A stretch of 64,000 bases of DNA, from contig NC_068982.1 of NCBI RefSeq assembly GCF_001194135.2, forward strand, positions 47,420,495-47,484,494, read 5' to 3'. How positions within the stretch are numbered: position 1 is the stretch's first letter; the number at the start of each line of letters is the position of its first letter. Below are positions 39,417 through 53,700 of this stretch, piece after piece. Source of the stretch: Octopus bimaculoides (taxonomy: Eukaryota). The notes below the pieces were generated by a model. The model was not told the DNA's origin and did not search any database. It saw only the letters and a list, made by a program, of their open reading frames with translations. The position numbers and the translations under genes are program-made.

Positions 39417-42400
39417 TAAGAGAGAGAGAGAGAGAGAGAAAGAGATATGCAAGTATATAACTAACCCTTTAGCTTTCAAATTAGTCTGTCAAATGTAATA
39501 TTTATTCACTGCTTTGAATTAATCAAGAATTATCTTGTATAACAGCAAGAATTCAATGATATGACAATTTTTAAAACATTGTTGCATAGGTGTGAGAAGC
39601 AAGATCTGATCAGTTTGAACATAAAATAGGTAGATTATTTGGGTCAAATATGGCCAGTTTAAATGCTAAAAGGTTAAAATATTAATTTGTCCTCAGTTAC
39701 TTAGAGAATCTCTGGAAAACAACTGCATCACAGATGAGTTTATCCTCTTGATCTCAGGAGTGCATGACTAAATGAACAAAGGTGTCTTCTGAGCAAGAGT
39801 TGTAAAAGAGAATCAATCCAATAACAGTGATGAACTTTGGAGTTTGATACAAGTTTCAAGTGCAAAAAAGAGAAACTGCAGTCAAATATTTCCAGTAAAT
39901 TTTCAGCTCTCACTGGCCATGTCTCATAATTAGAAGACGCAAACTTTAGTGGATACAACAATCGCCATCCTAAAAGGAAAGTGATTATGAAGATGACAAT
40001 GTGCTATGTTCATTGTTGATGTGGCTAACACTATGTTTTACCTTGGTCTGTGGCAGTGAAGGGATCACTAAGACAAATGACTGACAAAATGTCAGAGGAT
40101 ACAATTAATATCTTAATCAAGATTGTCATGCCAACATGTGACACGTACAGTGAGGCATTCAACAACTGATTTAACATCCATTTAACTTATGGCAAATTAT
40201 TACATGGTCATCTGCACTTCAAACCAGTCAATAGAATACTTTTCATATTTCTCATCTTGTCATTTCCCAGCATAACACTGCCCTACTGAAGGTTAGTAGT
40301 CTTGCAAATTGCATGGTGGTCTCACTAGTGAAAATGGTACAAAAAAAAAAAAAAAAAAAAAAAAAAAGCACCCAGTATGCACTGTGAATTGGTTGGCATT
40401 AAAGAAGGGCATCCAACCATACAAACCATGCTAAAGTAGACCCTGGAGTATGCAGTCCTTGAGTTCCTAGATCTTGTCAAACCATCCAACCATAGAAACC
40501 ATGCCAAAACAAATGGAGTCTGGGCAGCCCTGTCAAGATGGCCAATTGCCAAACTGTCCAACCCATATTTGTATGGAGAATGAACATTAAAATGATACTG
40601 ATCACACATATACACACATTTTTTCAGCAGAAGTTACGTACATCACATTTATCAAATGAAACTCTCAATCTTTGAGTCAGTATCTGTCAAATAAAATAAA
40701 AAGAAAATTTAAAAAAAAAAAGCACATGTTTGCAAACTCTTTACCTTGTTTGCACAACAAACCTGTTTATATAAGTGTATGCATGTACACACAAGTATGT
40801 ACACATTTATACACCAAATTAAGCATTTGCATATGTACACAAACCTGTTAAACAGTGAAAGCTGCTCATAATCATTAGTAATATTATCAAATAGTTGTTG
40901 CTATCAAAATTAGCGTTCCAAATTTAAAAATGAACTATCAGCCAGTAATTATTATCAAAAAGGCTTCGTCAACATTATCACAATAAATGGCTTCCAATGT
41001 ATATGTATATATATATCTGCAGTGGAAGCTATTTATGATGGTGTGTATGCACACANNNNNNNNNNNNNNNNNNNNNNNNNNNNNNNNNNNNNNNNNNNNN
41101 NNNNNNNNNNNNNNNNNNNNNNNNNNNNNNNNNNNNNNNNNNNNNNNNNNNNNNNATATATATATATATATATTATGTACATACATAAACCTATATGTAT
41201 ATTTCTATATGCATATTACATGTACACATATAAAAGTTATATGGAATATATACTGTGATTAAGAAATGTGCTTCCTACCCACATGGTTTTGAGTTCAATC
41301 TTCTTGTGTGGCACCATGGGTGTCTTTTACTATAATGCCAGGCTACACAAAACCAAGTAGTGAATTTGGCACATTATATACACATACGGACACATATGGT
41401 GAGTGTTGTCCTACAATGCTTTGCCATGAAAAGGCAAATACATATGGCATATGTTTTGATTTGGTAGTTGCATATGAGTGCATGGTATCAAAGCTGTATA
41501 AATGTAGGTTTTTCTTGTTGAAGCATGCAAGTATAATGTAGGACAAGTATAACCTTATGAGCATTGAAAATGGTTATATTCTTGCATACTTGGTAAGTGT
41601 TGCCTAATAGGAAATCTCTAGTTATATTCGAGATATCTACTTTGAATGGAAGATTGAACCAAGTTATTTTTCTCTTCTGAACTATCTTTTGTGGGTAGAG
41701 GATCCGCCATATACATTAATTTGTTAAAAACCACTGTTCTAATCGTTCTTTATAACAGGGTCCATGTCTACTGAAGAAATCTCTTTCCTATATGAATATA
41801 GGTTAGTGTCTCTTCTACAATGTTTCATAATAGTGAATGGTAAGAATTCCTGTGTGTACATGTGTAAATACATTATATACATACATACATACAGTCATCT
41901 CAGACCTTCTGTATGGTATTTTCCTATTCAACCCTTTAGCATTCAGGTTATTTTGTCATATGTAATACTTATTCACAGTGTTTCGAATTGATCATGCATA
42001 TTATCTTGTAGTTTCAAATTTTGATCGTGTGTTTGTTTATTTTTACGACATTGTAGGATAGGTGTGAGAAGCCTGATCCGACTGGTTTAATGCTAAAGGG
42101 TTAAAGTCTAATGTTCCAAAAGCTAACTGTATTTACAGTGCCGATGTCAAATTCCCTTAAGATTCTTATAAAGTTCTTAAATTCATTCACACTGTGGGTA
42201 TTTATGTTACTTCAAATTATTGACATGTCATGCCTCTGCAAAGCCTGGGCTGTTGGGGGGGGGGGGTGTATACTTCCTAAGAATATCTAACAAATACTCC
42301 AATGAAATTGGCAAACTCCATTGTATTTCTTGTGGAGATAGCAATGTTGTTGCTTTCCTTTTTAATCCAGGAATCATCAATGCACAAGAATAACTTAACT

Positions 42401-45178
42401 TTCATAATTATTCCTAAAGCTGAGTAATTTTAATACGGAACAGTTAAAGTGTACAAAATAATACCAGGTAAATTTGCAAGGCTGCCATATTCTGGACACT
42501 GCAAAACCAGTTGATAGCAGTGAGCCTTAAGTTCCATTGACCTAATCCAGTACCTCTTGGTATCAGACCCCGACAACATCAAGGATGTGCTTCTTGTGCC
42601 CATTTTACTTTAAGAAGAATTAATTAGCTTGCATTAAGGGTTGGAAAGTAAATTTGATATGGAAGCAGCAGCTTTGGCAATGCAATCCCACACTATCTTT
42701 AGCATTCAGATTTCTCTGTCAAATGTAATGCTTGTTTATTCATATTGCTTTGAATTAATCATGAAATACCTCGTAGCTTTGAGATTTCAATGATGTGATT
42801 ATTCTTATAATAATTATAGTAGGATAACTGGGGTGGTGGTGGCATATCTGGCTAGTTTGAACATAAAACAAGTAGATAATTTTGGCTGGATATGACCAGT
42901 TTAAATGCTAAAGGGTTAAACAGCAAATTTCCTTCACATGTTATTTCATGCGTATGTACTAGTGAAGCTGTTAGTTGTGTATAGCAGGACTTGCCTTATG
43001 TCTTGTTTTATCAGCAAAATGTGTACTTTCAGTGAGTGTTAGAAAGAAAGATCTATAAAGTGTTTAACTGGAAAGATTTCAACTTCATTCCTACTGCCAA
43101 GAATGGGGCTAACTGCAGTCATTAGCTGTGAATACCAACCATAACCTCTACTTCCATATCATCATCATTTAACATCCATTGTCCATGCTGGCATGGGTTG
43201 GGTGGTTTCACAAGGACTAGCAAGCTGGGGGATGGGGACTGCATCAGACTCCAGTCTGATTTAGCGTGGTTTCTATAGCTGGATGCCCTTCTTATCACCA
43301 ACCACTTTACAGAGTGTGCTGGGCGCTTTTAAAACAAGTTAACAAGAATCCAAATGATTGAAAGTTTCTCTCACTTTCATGTAACCTCAAATGCAATTTT
43401 GAAAAACTATTAATACAAAATATTAACTTTTACTCAGTACTTTTTCCCCAATCTTTCCAAACCTGTCTTTAGCTTTTACACTATCTTCTGTACTATTCCA
43501 CCACCATATTATCTTCCAAATAGTTGGGATCTTTCAGAGATCTTGTCCAATTCTTGTTACTTATTGAATGCCAATTACTTCATCCATTTCTCTGCCAATA
43601 ACATTCCTACTCCACCAAACCCAATGCTATCCAGAAGAATTTGTACCTGTTGAGAGATTGACTTAGATGGATAGGTTTCCACTTGATCCATATCATTAGC
43701 AAGTACAGTACTAACATTGTGTTAATTCTGTTTATGCTATTTGGGCTCTCCATTGTATTTGTGACTAAACAATTTTGGAATGGATTTGAGGGAGATTTGG
43801 TTGCTATTTCTAACAGGATTTTTTTTCATTCTGTCTGACATTGTTCAACTATTTTGATACCAAATTACCTTGTATCCTGCACCACTGCTTGACAACCAGT
43901 ACTGATGTGTTTACGTCCCCATAATTTAGCAGATCAACAATAGAGACTGATAAAATAACTAACCCACTCTTCCCATAACCAGCCACTTGACAGCATGGAG
44001 TGAGCACATTTTATCATGCTATTAGGATTATAGACAATCATTCATCGAGACTAAAATGATTATAAATATTAATATTCAGATTCCGTTTGCCTTTTATTAT
44101 TTAGAAATAGATAATGCTTTACTCTGACAACAAAAATAAAAAAAAAATTAAAAAATTCAATGTCAACAACATGATTACAAAAGGAATTATTTTAAGACTA
44201 AGGTGGAACCTGATATCTGTCAGTAGTAGAGATTGCAACAGGTAAGAAAAAGCAGATAATGTTGGTGCTTCTAGTTTTAAGCTATGGCTAAATTCAGTAT
44301 TTATGATGAACTGATTAAACACCCAGCTATTTAGAGTGTAGAAAAGCACATGACTGAATAAATATTCTTATAAAGAATGTGGTAGCTATAAGGATTAAAA
44401 CTACTTGCTATCAATAAGATTAAAAAAGCTCTAGACAAGCTAAAATCTGATATAAATAACAACTGCACAGTTGTGTGAAATAACAGGAGTTAGTAGTATA
44501 CACTAGAAGAGTCAAGAAGACTTTATTTTTGACTTTCAATTGAGCAAACAAGCAAAGTTAGGTAACAACAGCAATTGTTATAAAAGAAATGACAAATTCT
44601 AAACTATGGCTGTGTATCAATAGTTCACATTATTTCTCAAGCCAGATTTACTTTAAAATATAAATAAAACATCATTTAATTAAATTAAAATACTATTCCA
44701 TCTGTGAGCTTATAAACCCAAACTGCCCACAAGATTTATCAGCACTATATATTACAAACAGAGAAACTCAATATAATAGCTACTGTCAACCTAATAAAAG
44801 AATTTTACAGATTTTCATAAAATATGTTGGAAAAGCAAAATAGTATTTTTATACACTTATAAAAACATGCCTAAATATGGATCTTTCAAACACAAACAAT
44901 ACAAAACTGAGAACAAAGGAGTTGCATTCTTTAGCATTTATACATAATAGGTTTCTTATATCACAATTACATATACACATTCGCACGCACACACTTGCAC
45001 AAAATACATAGATACACATGTATTAAAGATCTATGATAAAGCAGTTCAACCACAGCTTTTTAGAAAGGCTTCACTGTAAAACTAAACAGATGTAAATAGA
45101 ACTTTGTATTCTTTTCACAGATTGCTCTAACAGGTTTCCCAGTTTGTTATCACTCAGCAAACAAGTACATATACATGC

Positions 45179-45229
<51 letters not shown>

Positions 45230-47708
45230 TTAATTTCCCTTGCATACCACACCTTGCTCAGTTTTCAAACTAAGACCTATTTTATGTTGCCTGACAATTA
45301 TATATGCCATCACTTGAAACAACTTCTCCTATGGAAATTCACAGCCAATGTTTAAAATGAAACAGCAAACTTGACTTTTCTACAATGGCTGTCAGTCTCA
45401 ACTTACTCCTGTGTGAATATTATTATTTACAGACAATCCGACCCCTCTTCAACATAGTATAGCATAAATTTGCACAAGCTTACCTACTCATTCAAACTAC
45501 TAAATATTTTCACACTAACAACTACCTAATGCTACTTGCTATTCTCCATAAACGAAGTCTTGTAGTTTAACTTTCTCTTAGTCATAGGTCTTGAGATGGC
45601 AACGCTTACACTAAAATTACACAAAAGATTGTAACACATGTTAATCATTAACAAATTATCATTAATCAAGAGTGGAATACAAATGCAGGTAGGTAAACAA
45701 TTGAACAGGTTCCAAAATTTCCCTATAAAATCTTGATTCACAATCTGCTAAAACTTTGCAAACTACCTTTCAAGTCATGATACTTTCAGAATTTTTAATT
45801 TCCTGAATGGTGTACCACATATATATTCTCACTCTTTCTTTTCATCCTTCACTTCATTAACCATTACACACTATGGGGTAGAGGTGTGATACCATACAGA
45901 AAGATATCCTCACATCTTCCTATTCTCAAGGTATCTCTACACTACTTTAACTCAAATTACCTAAAAACCTAGCTCCAGAACAACAGACAAAAAAAGTAGT
46001 AATTACCAAATTAGTCCCTTTTAATTAGCTAGAAAACAAATTTTTAAAATCAAATACTGCTGTTTTATCCAAACAATACACACAATACCTTTGTAAAAGA
46101 CATGAAAAGACATTATAGAAAAACAAAATTTCACAACCATGTTCTGAAAACACACAGGTTCCATGTTTAGAAAACATGGATGAAACGACAATGGTTTACA
46201 GACAATACATTAGATCAGTCTTAGACTTAGCCAATCTTACAGATTTTTATATCTTCACAATGTACACACACCAACTACACAATGAAAGATTGCCTGAACA
46301 TGGGAGGGCACACGTTCTGGTGGTCTTCCACTTTTAGCCTATTTCCACAAGCAAGCAAGCACCCAGTCACATATACCAAAACCAAAAACAACAGGATCTG
46401 AAAATCACTCACCCACTCAATCCAAACAAGCATAAAAAAAAAAAATTCAGAAATAGCTGCTGTAGTTAAGAACAGCTTCATGAGCTCAAAAAACTGTAAT
46501 AAGATTCACACAACTAACAATTAGTGTAGAAGAACAGCAACTATTATGTTTTGAACAAGTCCATCTTGCCTACCTTCACTGTGGCCACCACCATACTGGA
46601 CAGCAGAGAGTGCAACACATCTAGGCTGTCACATTGCCCCCATTGATCCATCACCACAAGGTGGATTGCACATTATGGTATTCAGCCAAAGAGAGGTATG
46701 ATATTAAAATTAGAGGATGACTGAATATATACCATAGAACTGTTTTATCATGGCTGACAACAAAAGCCCTAAACACATTCAAGTTAGCCCTTTAGCATTC
46801 AGATTTTCTGTCATATGTAATACTTATTCACATAAATTTCACTTAATCATGCATTATTTCATAACTTCAAGATTTTGATGATAGTTTATTTTTAGAATCA
46901 CAGAGTATGTTTGAGAAGCCAGATCTAACTGGTTTGAACTTAAAACAGGTAGAATGTATGAGCTGGATATGGCTGGTTTAAAACCTAAAGAGTTAAGCAT
47001 TATAACAAAATTAGAGTGTGTTTAGGATTTAAACGTGAATCTTGCCGAAACAAGAAAATAATTCAGTTACTTTAATATAAGGAATTATATCCAGGATGTT
47101 AGAAAGTATTCTTAAATGGCTAAACATCCATTCATCAGTTTTGTCCTTGATAAAAGAGGTCAAGAAAGTTCAGTTCAGTAAATTCAAATATTCGATTCAT
47201 TTGTTGAGGTATATATTTCACAAATGGGCATATTTATCAAAAACATTTTACAAATGAATATATCTATGTAAAGCCATCAACCTGAGTATGGTCATGGCAG
47301 GGAAAATACAAAGGGTTATTTCTGCTGACAAAACACTTAAAGCGAGGCAGACATATGCAATACAAAATGTGAGATATGGATGCTGATAGTGGAGGATATA
47401 CAAAGACTGGAAAATAATGGGGTCAGTACACCTTGGTGTACAATTTCAGCATGAATGAACAACTAAGCACAAGCTTGTTGAGAGAAACTAGGCATCAAAA
47501 GTATCTGCTGAAACGGCATTATGTCAACACAAATTGATAGACATAAGAATACTGAATAAAGCAAGTACAAGACTGGGGAAGAGGAAGACCAAATACAACA
47601 TGGCCAGAAGTAGTATGACTTGATCTTAGATTGCTGAACTTCATAAAGGAGACAACAAACAGCAACAAGTAGAGATGCAGCACTGAAACTCATCCAACTC
47701 AAAACGGC

Positions 47709-47750
<42 letters not shown>

Positions 47751-50700
47751 TCTTCAAGCAAAAGAATGCTTTCAGGATTTGACTTCATAACCTTTCAAGA
47801 CACTAAAGCCTGTTAATATCCCAGAGTCTATACAAGCGTGGAGGTGTGGTAAGAAGTTTGCTTCCTAACCACAGTATGTGGCACCTTGGGTAAGTACCTA
47901 CTATAGCTTTGAGCTGACCAAAGCCTTGTGAGTGGATTTGGTAGGCAGAAACTGAAAGAAGCCCACTGTGTCCCACCACCACCTGACAACCAATGTTGAT
48001 GTGTTCAAATCCCTGTAATTTAACAGTCCAGTAAAAGAGACTGATAGAATCAATAGCAGGCTTTAAAAAAAAAAAAACTCAAGGTTATGCCCCAGCATGG
48101 CCACAGTCTTATGACAAACAAAGTGTGTTAGGAAACAAAAGTTATACTTTATGAAATGGGTTAAAAATGTTTGACAATGCTGAGAGGAGGAATTTTATGT
48201 CAGTGATTGGAATACTAACGAATTCATTAGAAAAGGATATAAAATGTTAATTGGGGGAAAAAAAGAATCAGTCTTCATGGAAAACGAAAATACAAAATAA
48301 ATTGCTAACTATTTTTAAAAGAAAATTTTAATTCGTTCATCTATGAAAATTATACTTTCACTAGCATTAGTCATTGGACTGTAATACAACTACAGCAGGG
48401 GCCTGCAAGTTTGTTTTTTTTTTTAACAAAAAGTACAAACAAAATGTATAAAACGGTGGTAAATTGTGTATAAAATAAACTTTAAAAAAATATTAATGCA
48501 AACAGTTTATGAAGTATTGAGGAAAACCAATGCAGTTTGTTGCATACAGGCTCAATATTGAGTATCAAACTTTATGTCAACATCAAGACATTATCCAGAC
48601 GGGTATCTTAAATAGGTCTTGGCATGCCTCATTTTTTAAAAAAATAATTGCCCTTACAAGATAAATGTTCAAATAAGTAATGATACTTCACACTTGAATG
48701 AATATATTTTCGACACGACGCAAGTACTGACACATTCAGAATGAAATTTCCATTTTAGTATGTCATCATACTGCATTTCAATCAATTCTTTTTGATATTT
48801 TTTTCCAATGCAGTGTCCACATCCACTTCAAATAATGGTACCAAACAGCAGAAGCTCATTTGCATGCAAGCAAAAAACCAACCAAAGTAAGATGAACATT
48901 TTTCGTCATTCTTGGACCAAATTCAGAAAATGCTTTGGATCTTTTTTTTTTCTTTCTTTTTGTTAAATAGTAGAATGCACACAATTTCCTTTTTGAAGTT
49001 GGTATTCCAACAATTGTAGTTCTCTTTCAAACAAAACACTATGACCTTACTTTCCATGTGTCAGCTGATCTCCTCCCCCACCTTCAATTTGTATCAAGAT
49101 ATTTAAATAGGATGCCATAAAAAATGCCAAGGTTGCAAGCCAATCAGAATCACGATAAAATTTTTGCTTTGATGGAATATTGCTATCTTATCATGAAATA
49201 CAAATACTCTATCCAGTATTGACCTTCAGCTAAGCCAGCCTACATTGCTGAAATAAACCAGATCTCCACATTCAACTTCTGTATTGAACAATAACTGCTG
49301 AAAATGACAATGACATACTTCATGAAATAGGACTAGATTCACAATGCCCATAGTATATTCCAATTTCTAACACTTGGTCACATAACGCAATGAATTTTAA
49401 CCAGTTTCTGTGATTTTGAAGCTTTCCAGTTAACCTTACAGCAATGTAATGATTTTTTTTTCTGTCCCAACAGCTGTAGTGTCAATTAGCTTCAGCAGTT
49501 TCATTTTAACACCATTTTCAAGAAAACTTCAAAAACATGCTCTAATAACTTCTCTTCATAGGAATTCAATACCTACACCAAAACACCAAGTTGAGCAAGG
49601 TCTCTAAGTCTATGCTCTCATTAAGCATAAGCTAAAGATAAAACAGCAATTTGTTGCAAGCATCACACTTAAACAAGTTAAAACATCTGACATTTTAACT
49701 TGTCAGGTCATTTCTGCAGATAGGCTGATAAGATGCAAATAAAGGTTTCTTTTCAGGACAAACTCACCATTACTAGTAAACATTTTTAGACAAACTCTAC
49801 ACCTGTTAAAATGCTTCCTCGTTTCTGAAATACCTTTTGGGATTCATAAATGATAAAATATTTTTTGTATACCACTGCTTTCCTTGAAGAAAAAAAAAAA
49901 CCCTTACGTTAGTTTTCCAAAAGTAGCCAGTTTTCAATCACTAAGCTTTACCTCACCTTGTTAAAATTTTCATTATGGTGAACCTTGTAATGCTGCCTGA
50001 TATTTTCCACATTCTTCACAGCAATTTTTCCATGGTAAATAAAACAGACTGGTTTCCCAGTGAGCTGGAAATTGTACTCTGGAGTTCAAATACATGTAGA
50101 AACCACCTTACTACATTTTGCCTTCATTGCCAGAAGTGCCTTTTTATTTATGTGCATGCTATTATTCAACTATTTTGCCTGTCTGACTCAAAAGGGTACA
50201 GTTTTTCCCTGGGCGAAATATTACAGCCAAAAAGCGTTTAATAACGCACATTAGTCCTTTGGCATTTAAACCAGCCATATCTGGCCCTAATATTCTAAAT
50301 TGTTTTATGTCAAAACTGACCAAATCTGGCCTCTCACACTTATTCGGCAATGCCATTCTAAAGATATACAATCACATCAAAATTTTGAAGCCACCAGATA
50401 GTGTATGATTGATTCAAAACAATGTGAAAAATTAGCATTACATTTGATAGGGTAATCTGAATGCAAAAAAGGTTAAATATTTGACATCAATATTGTTTTG
50501 GGCTACCAATCGGAATTCGTCTAGGGGGCGAATCGAGTATATGACTCCGGTGAGCTGAAATAACAGTGAAATATCGATATTTGTCGTTCTTGTTCACCTC
50601 CAGGCCGATTCATTTCGTCTGGTTTTGAAATATATTCCGTTTTCAACACACTATATCTCTAAAAGAATTTTCCCTGGACAGAATGTTGCAGCCAAAGAAA

Positions 50701-53700
50701 GCATTTAACACACATTAAAGTATGCGACGTCGATAATGCTTACTTTACAGAGCTGTTTTTTAACTAGAAATTTAAAATATCTGGTTCATATGATATCAGG
50801 GTTATTGCTCAAGATGTCAAGGAAGTACGTGGTATGCCCAACAGTATGTGACCTTGTCAGGGAATCACCATATGGTGAACAAAGAGGGGGAGAGCATTCA
50901 TGGTCTGGTGTTACACTAGCCCAGTCTACAGAGCGAAGAAAGGTATCCGTAGGATACTTACACCAGTTCTCATTAATATTTACTTACACTACACCACCTC
51001 AATAACTACTTATTGGTCTTGGAAAGGAAAAGTGAGCATGAACGAGATTCTGCCACCAGCCCCTATAAATGCGATGTTTAGAGAGCTAGCTGTAACTATA
51101 TAAGCTTTAAGATTGACAGAAAAATGTTTTCAAGTGCGAGAAAACAATGTAAGTCCAGCGTATAAATTTTTTATAAATGAATTACTAAATAAATGTACAG
51201 AGGTTCCTAATCCTACAATATAAATTACCATACATATAATAAAATCCTGCTCGTATAAATCTGACATTCTAACAAAAGCATTTAGATAAGCATTTTTCGT
51301 AAGTAACACGTACGAAAATTAATTTAAGCAGAATGTGTGAACAATTTCTTAGAAAGTGAGTCTTTAGTTTCAGTTTCGGAGATCAATATTCATCAATGAG
51401 CTACAATCACAACCAATAAGAATACTTGAAAGGTGAAAGTTTCTGCTACAGAAGTATTAAGATATTTCAAAAGTAAATGAAACGGAAAATGAAACAAAAG
51501 GTTAAATTTTTTCCCCTTTTTTTTTTTGAAGTTCTACTAGCTCTCACTAATATTTTGACAGTACCATTAACCAACGAACCAACCTTTAAGCTGGTACCAG
51601 GCAAAACTAGTGAAATGAACAAATGTAAACTTTGCAACTTTTGATCAACACTAGACATGTGTGTCAGCGTGACTTAATGAACAAGTTTTTAATGCGAAGC
51701 TATCAGAGCAAAGAAACAGGTTTAATAATAATTTATTATTAAACAGGTTTAATAATAATCTAATGGAGTTCAACTGTTGTAAAAATAAAATGACTCGAGC
51801 TGTGTAAACTGCAGCAAGCCATCATTTTGAAAGGTGGTTGAAACGGATTAGGGTCGAAAAGAAAATTTTTTTCTCCTCCTGATACAAAATCGAGCAGCCA
51901 GGCCTCTTACAAAAAACAAATGAAATAAATAAATAAGAGAGGAGGAAGCAGACTGAGAGATTGTACATACGGTACGAAATAAGTCTGAATAAAAGTCACG
52001 AACGGAATGCCTGCTCGATCAGGGCCGGCCTGGGGTTAAACCACCACAACAACTATGTTATTAAATCTCCAATAAAGGCGAGAGAAGTTGGGAGTAAGCT
52101 GGCAAGATCAACAGGCACACTCACGTAAGCACGTCAAGTACGCCAGGTTGTGTAGTTGTAATGTTCAATTTAACACTACAGGCTCTGTAACAGGCATGAC
52201 TTTCTCACTTGCTAGTTAAATACATTTTACTGGCAAGCCAACAATTTCTCATAAATCCTCAACTTGATGAAGCACGCAGTGGTATAATAAAATTAATTAG
52301 GACTGATGATAGAACAGCATTGATAAAAACGTGTAGCAAGCATGGTCTCGAAAAACAGAAATCATCATTATCAACTCACGCAAATGAGTAAAAAAATTAA
52401 TGCCGAGAATTTACAAAATCTGACTTCTGTGGTTTAGATGAAAGTTGATTTTCCTTAAGAATGGTATAGAAGAGTACATTGTGTGTGATGAAATAATGTA
52501 TTCCATTAATAATAAGAGTAATTTTGCAGCCCTTTTTTGGCATAGCGATAATTGATATGTACTGGGGTTGATTTGTTCGACAAAACCCATCAAGGCGGTG
52601 CTACAGCATAGCCGCAGTCCAATGACTGAAACAGGTAAAAGACAGATAAAAGTTTGTATGTATATGTTATAAACACAGAGACAAGTATATGCGGATTCGA
52701 CGCATTCGCCGTATACACGCAATAAAAAGGTATGCATCATATATATTTCACATATAATATCACATATGACGTGATATTTCCCTGGATTTTTACATCCATA
52801 CCTAGAACGAAAAGAACTTTCAAAAGTTTTATGTCTAACAAAACATTTGAGAAACCAACCATGTTCTTCAATAACCCCAACACGTCAATTCGTTGCAAAA
52901 ATAATCTATGGGCACAATAGATTTGATCTTAAAAGTTCATCTCGACACGCACAAATGTCATTTTCCTCAACTTCGTTCATTCACATGAAGACCCAACCAC
53001 AAAACGTCAGAAATGTTTATTTGAAATATAAATACAAAGCAAATCTAGGGGAGAGAATTTCTTTTAAACAGTTAAATTGTTTTCCTCTACCTTTTTATCT
53101 ATCTCTTACTTGTTCCAGTCATTGGACTGGATCATGCTGGTGTACTGCCTCGAAGGCTTAGTCGAACGAATCGACCGCACTACTTATTTTTTTAAAGCTT
53201 GGTTCTTATTCTGTCGTACTCTTTTTGCTGAACTGTGGGGATATAAACTATTAGTTTATATCCCCGCAGTTGTCGAGTGGTGACAAGGAACACACACACA
53301 TATATACACAGACACACACATGCACGACGGGCTTCTTTCAGTTTCCGTCTACCAAATCCATTCACAAGGCTTTGGTCGGCCCGAGGCTATAGCGGTGGGA
53401 CCGAACCTAATGTCTAGTATTGTTTATTTACTAAAGCATCCCCGGGGTTACAGCAGAGATTTGCTTAAGGGGTGCTACACAGTGAGCATTAACTCTGAAT
53501 CATGTGGTGGTGAGAACAATTTTTTTTTTTTAATAATATAACCCTTTTACTACAGAAACCAGATATATCTACACAAAATTTCATTAATCTTAACTGTGGG
53601 AAGTAGTTTTATATATCAACCTACTTTTCTGTTGAGATATGTCGAGATTATAGAAGCATCGTGACTTGCAAAAAAAATAACCAATTCTAGTTTACTGTTT

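Noticed and set aside
38974-41262. ORFs spanning N runs
   Set aside because: Artefacts of assembly gaps and flanking dinucleotide repeats.
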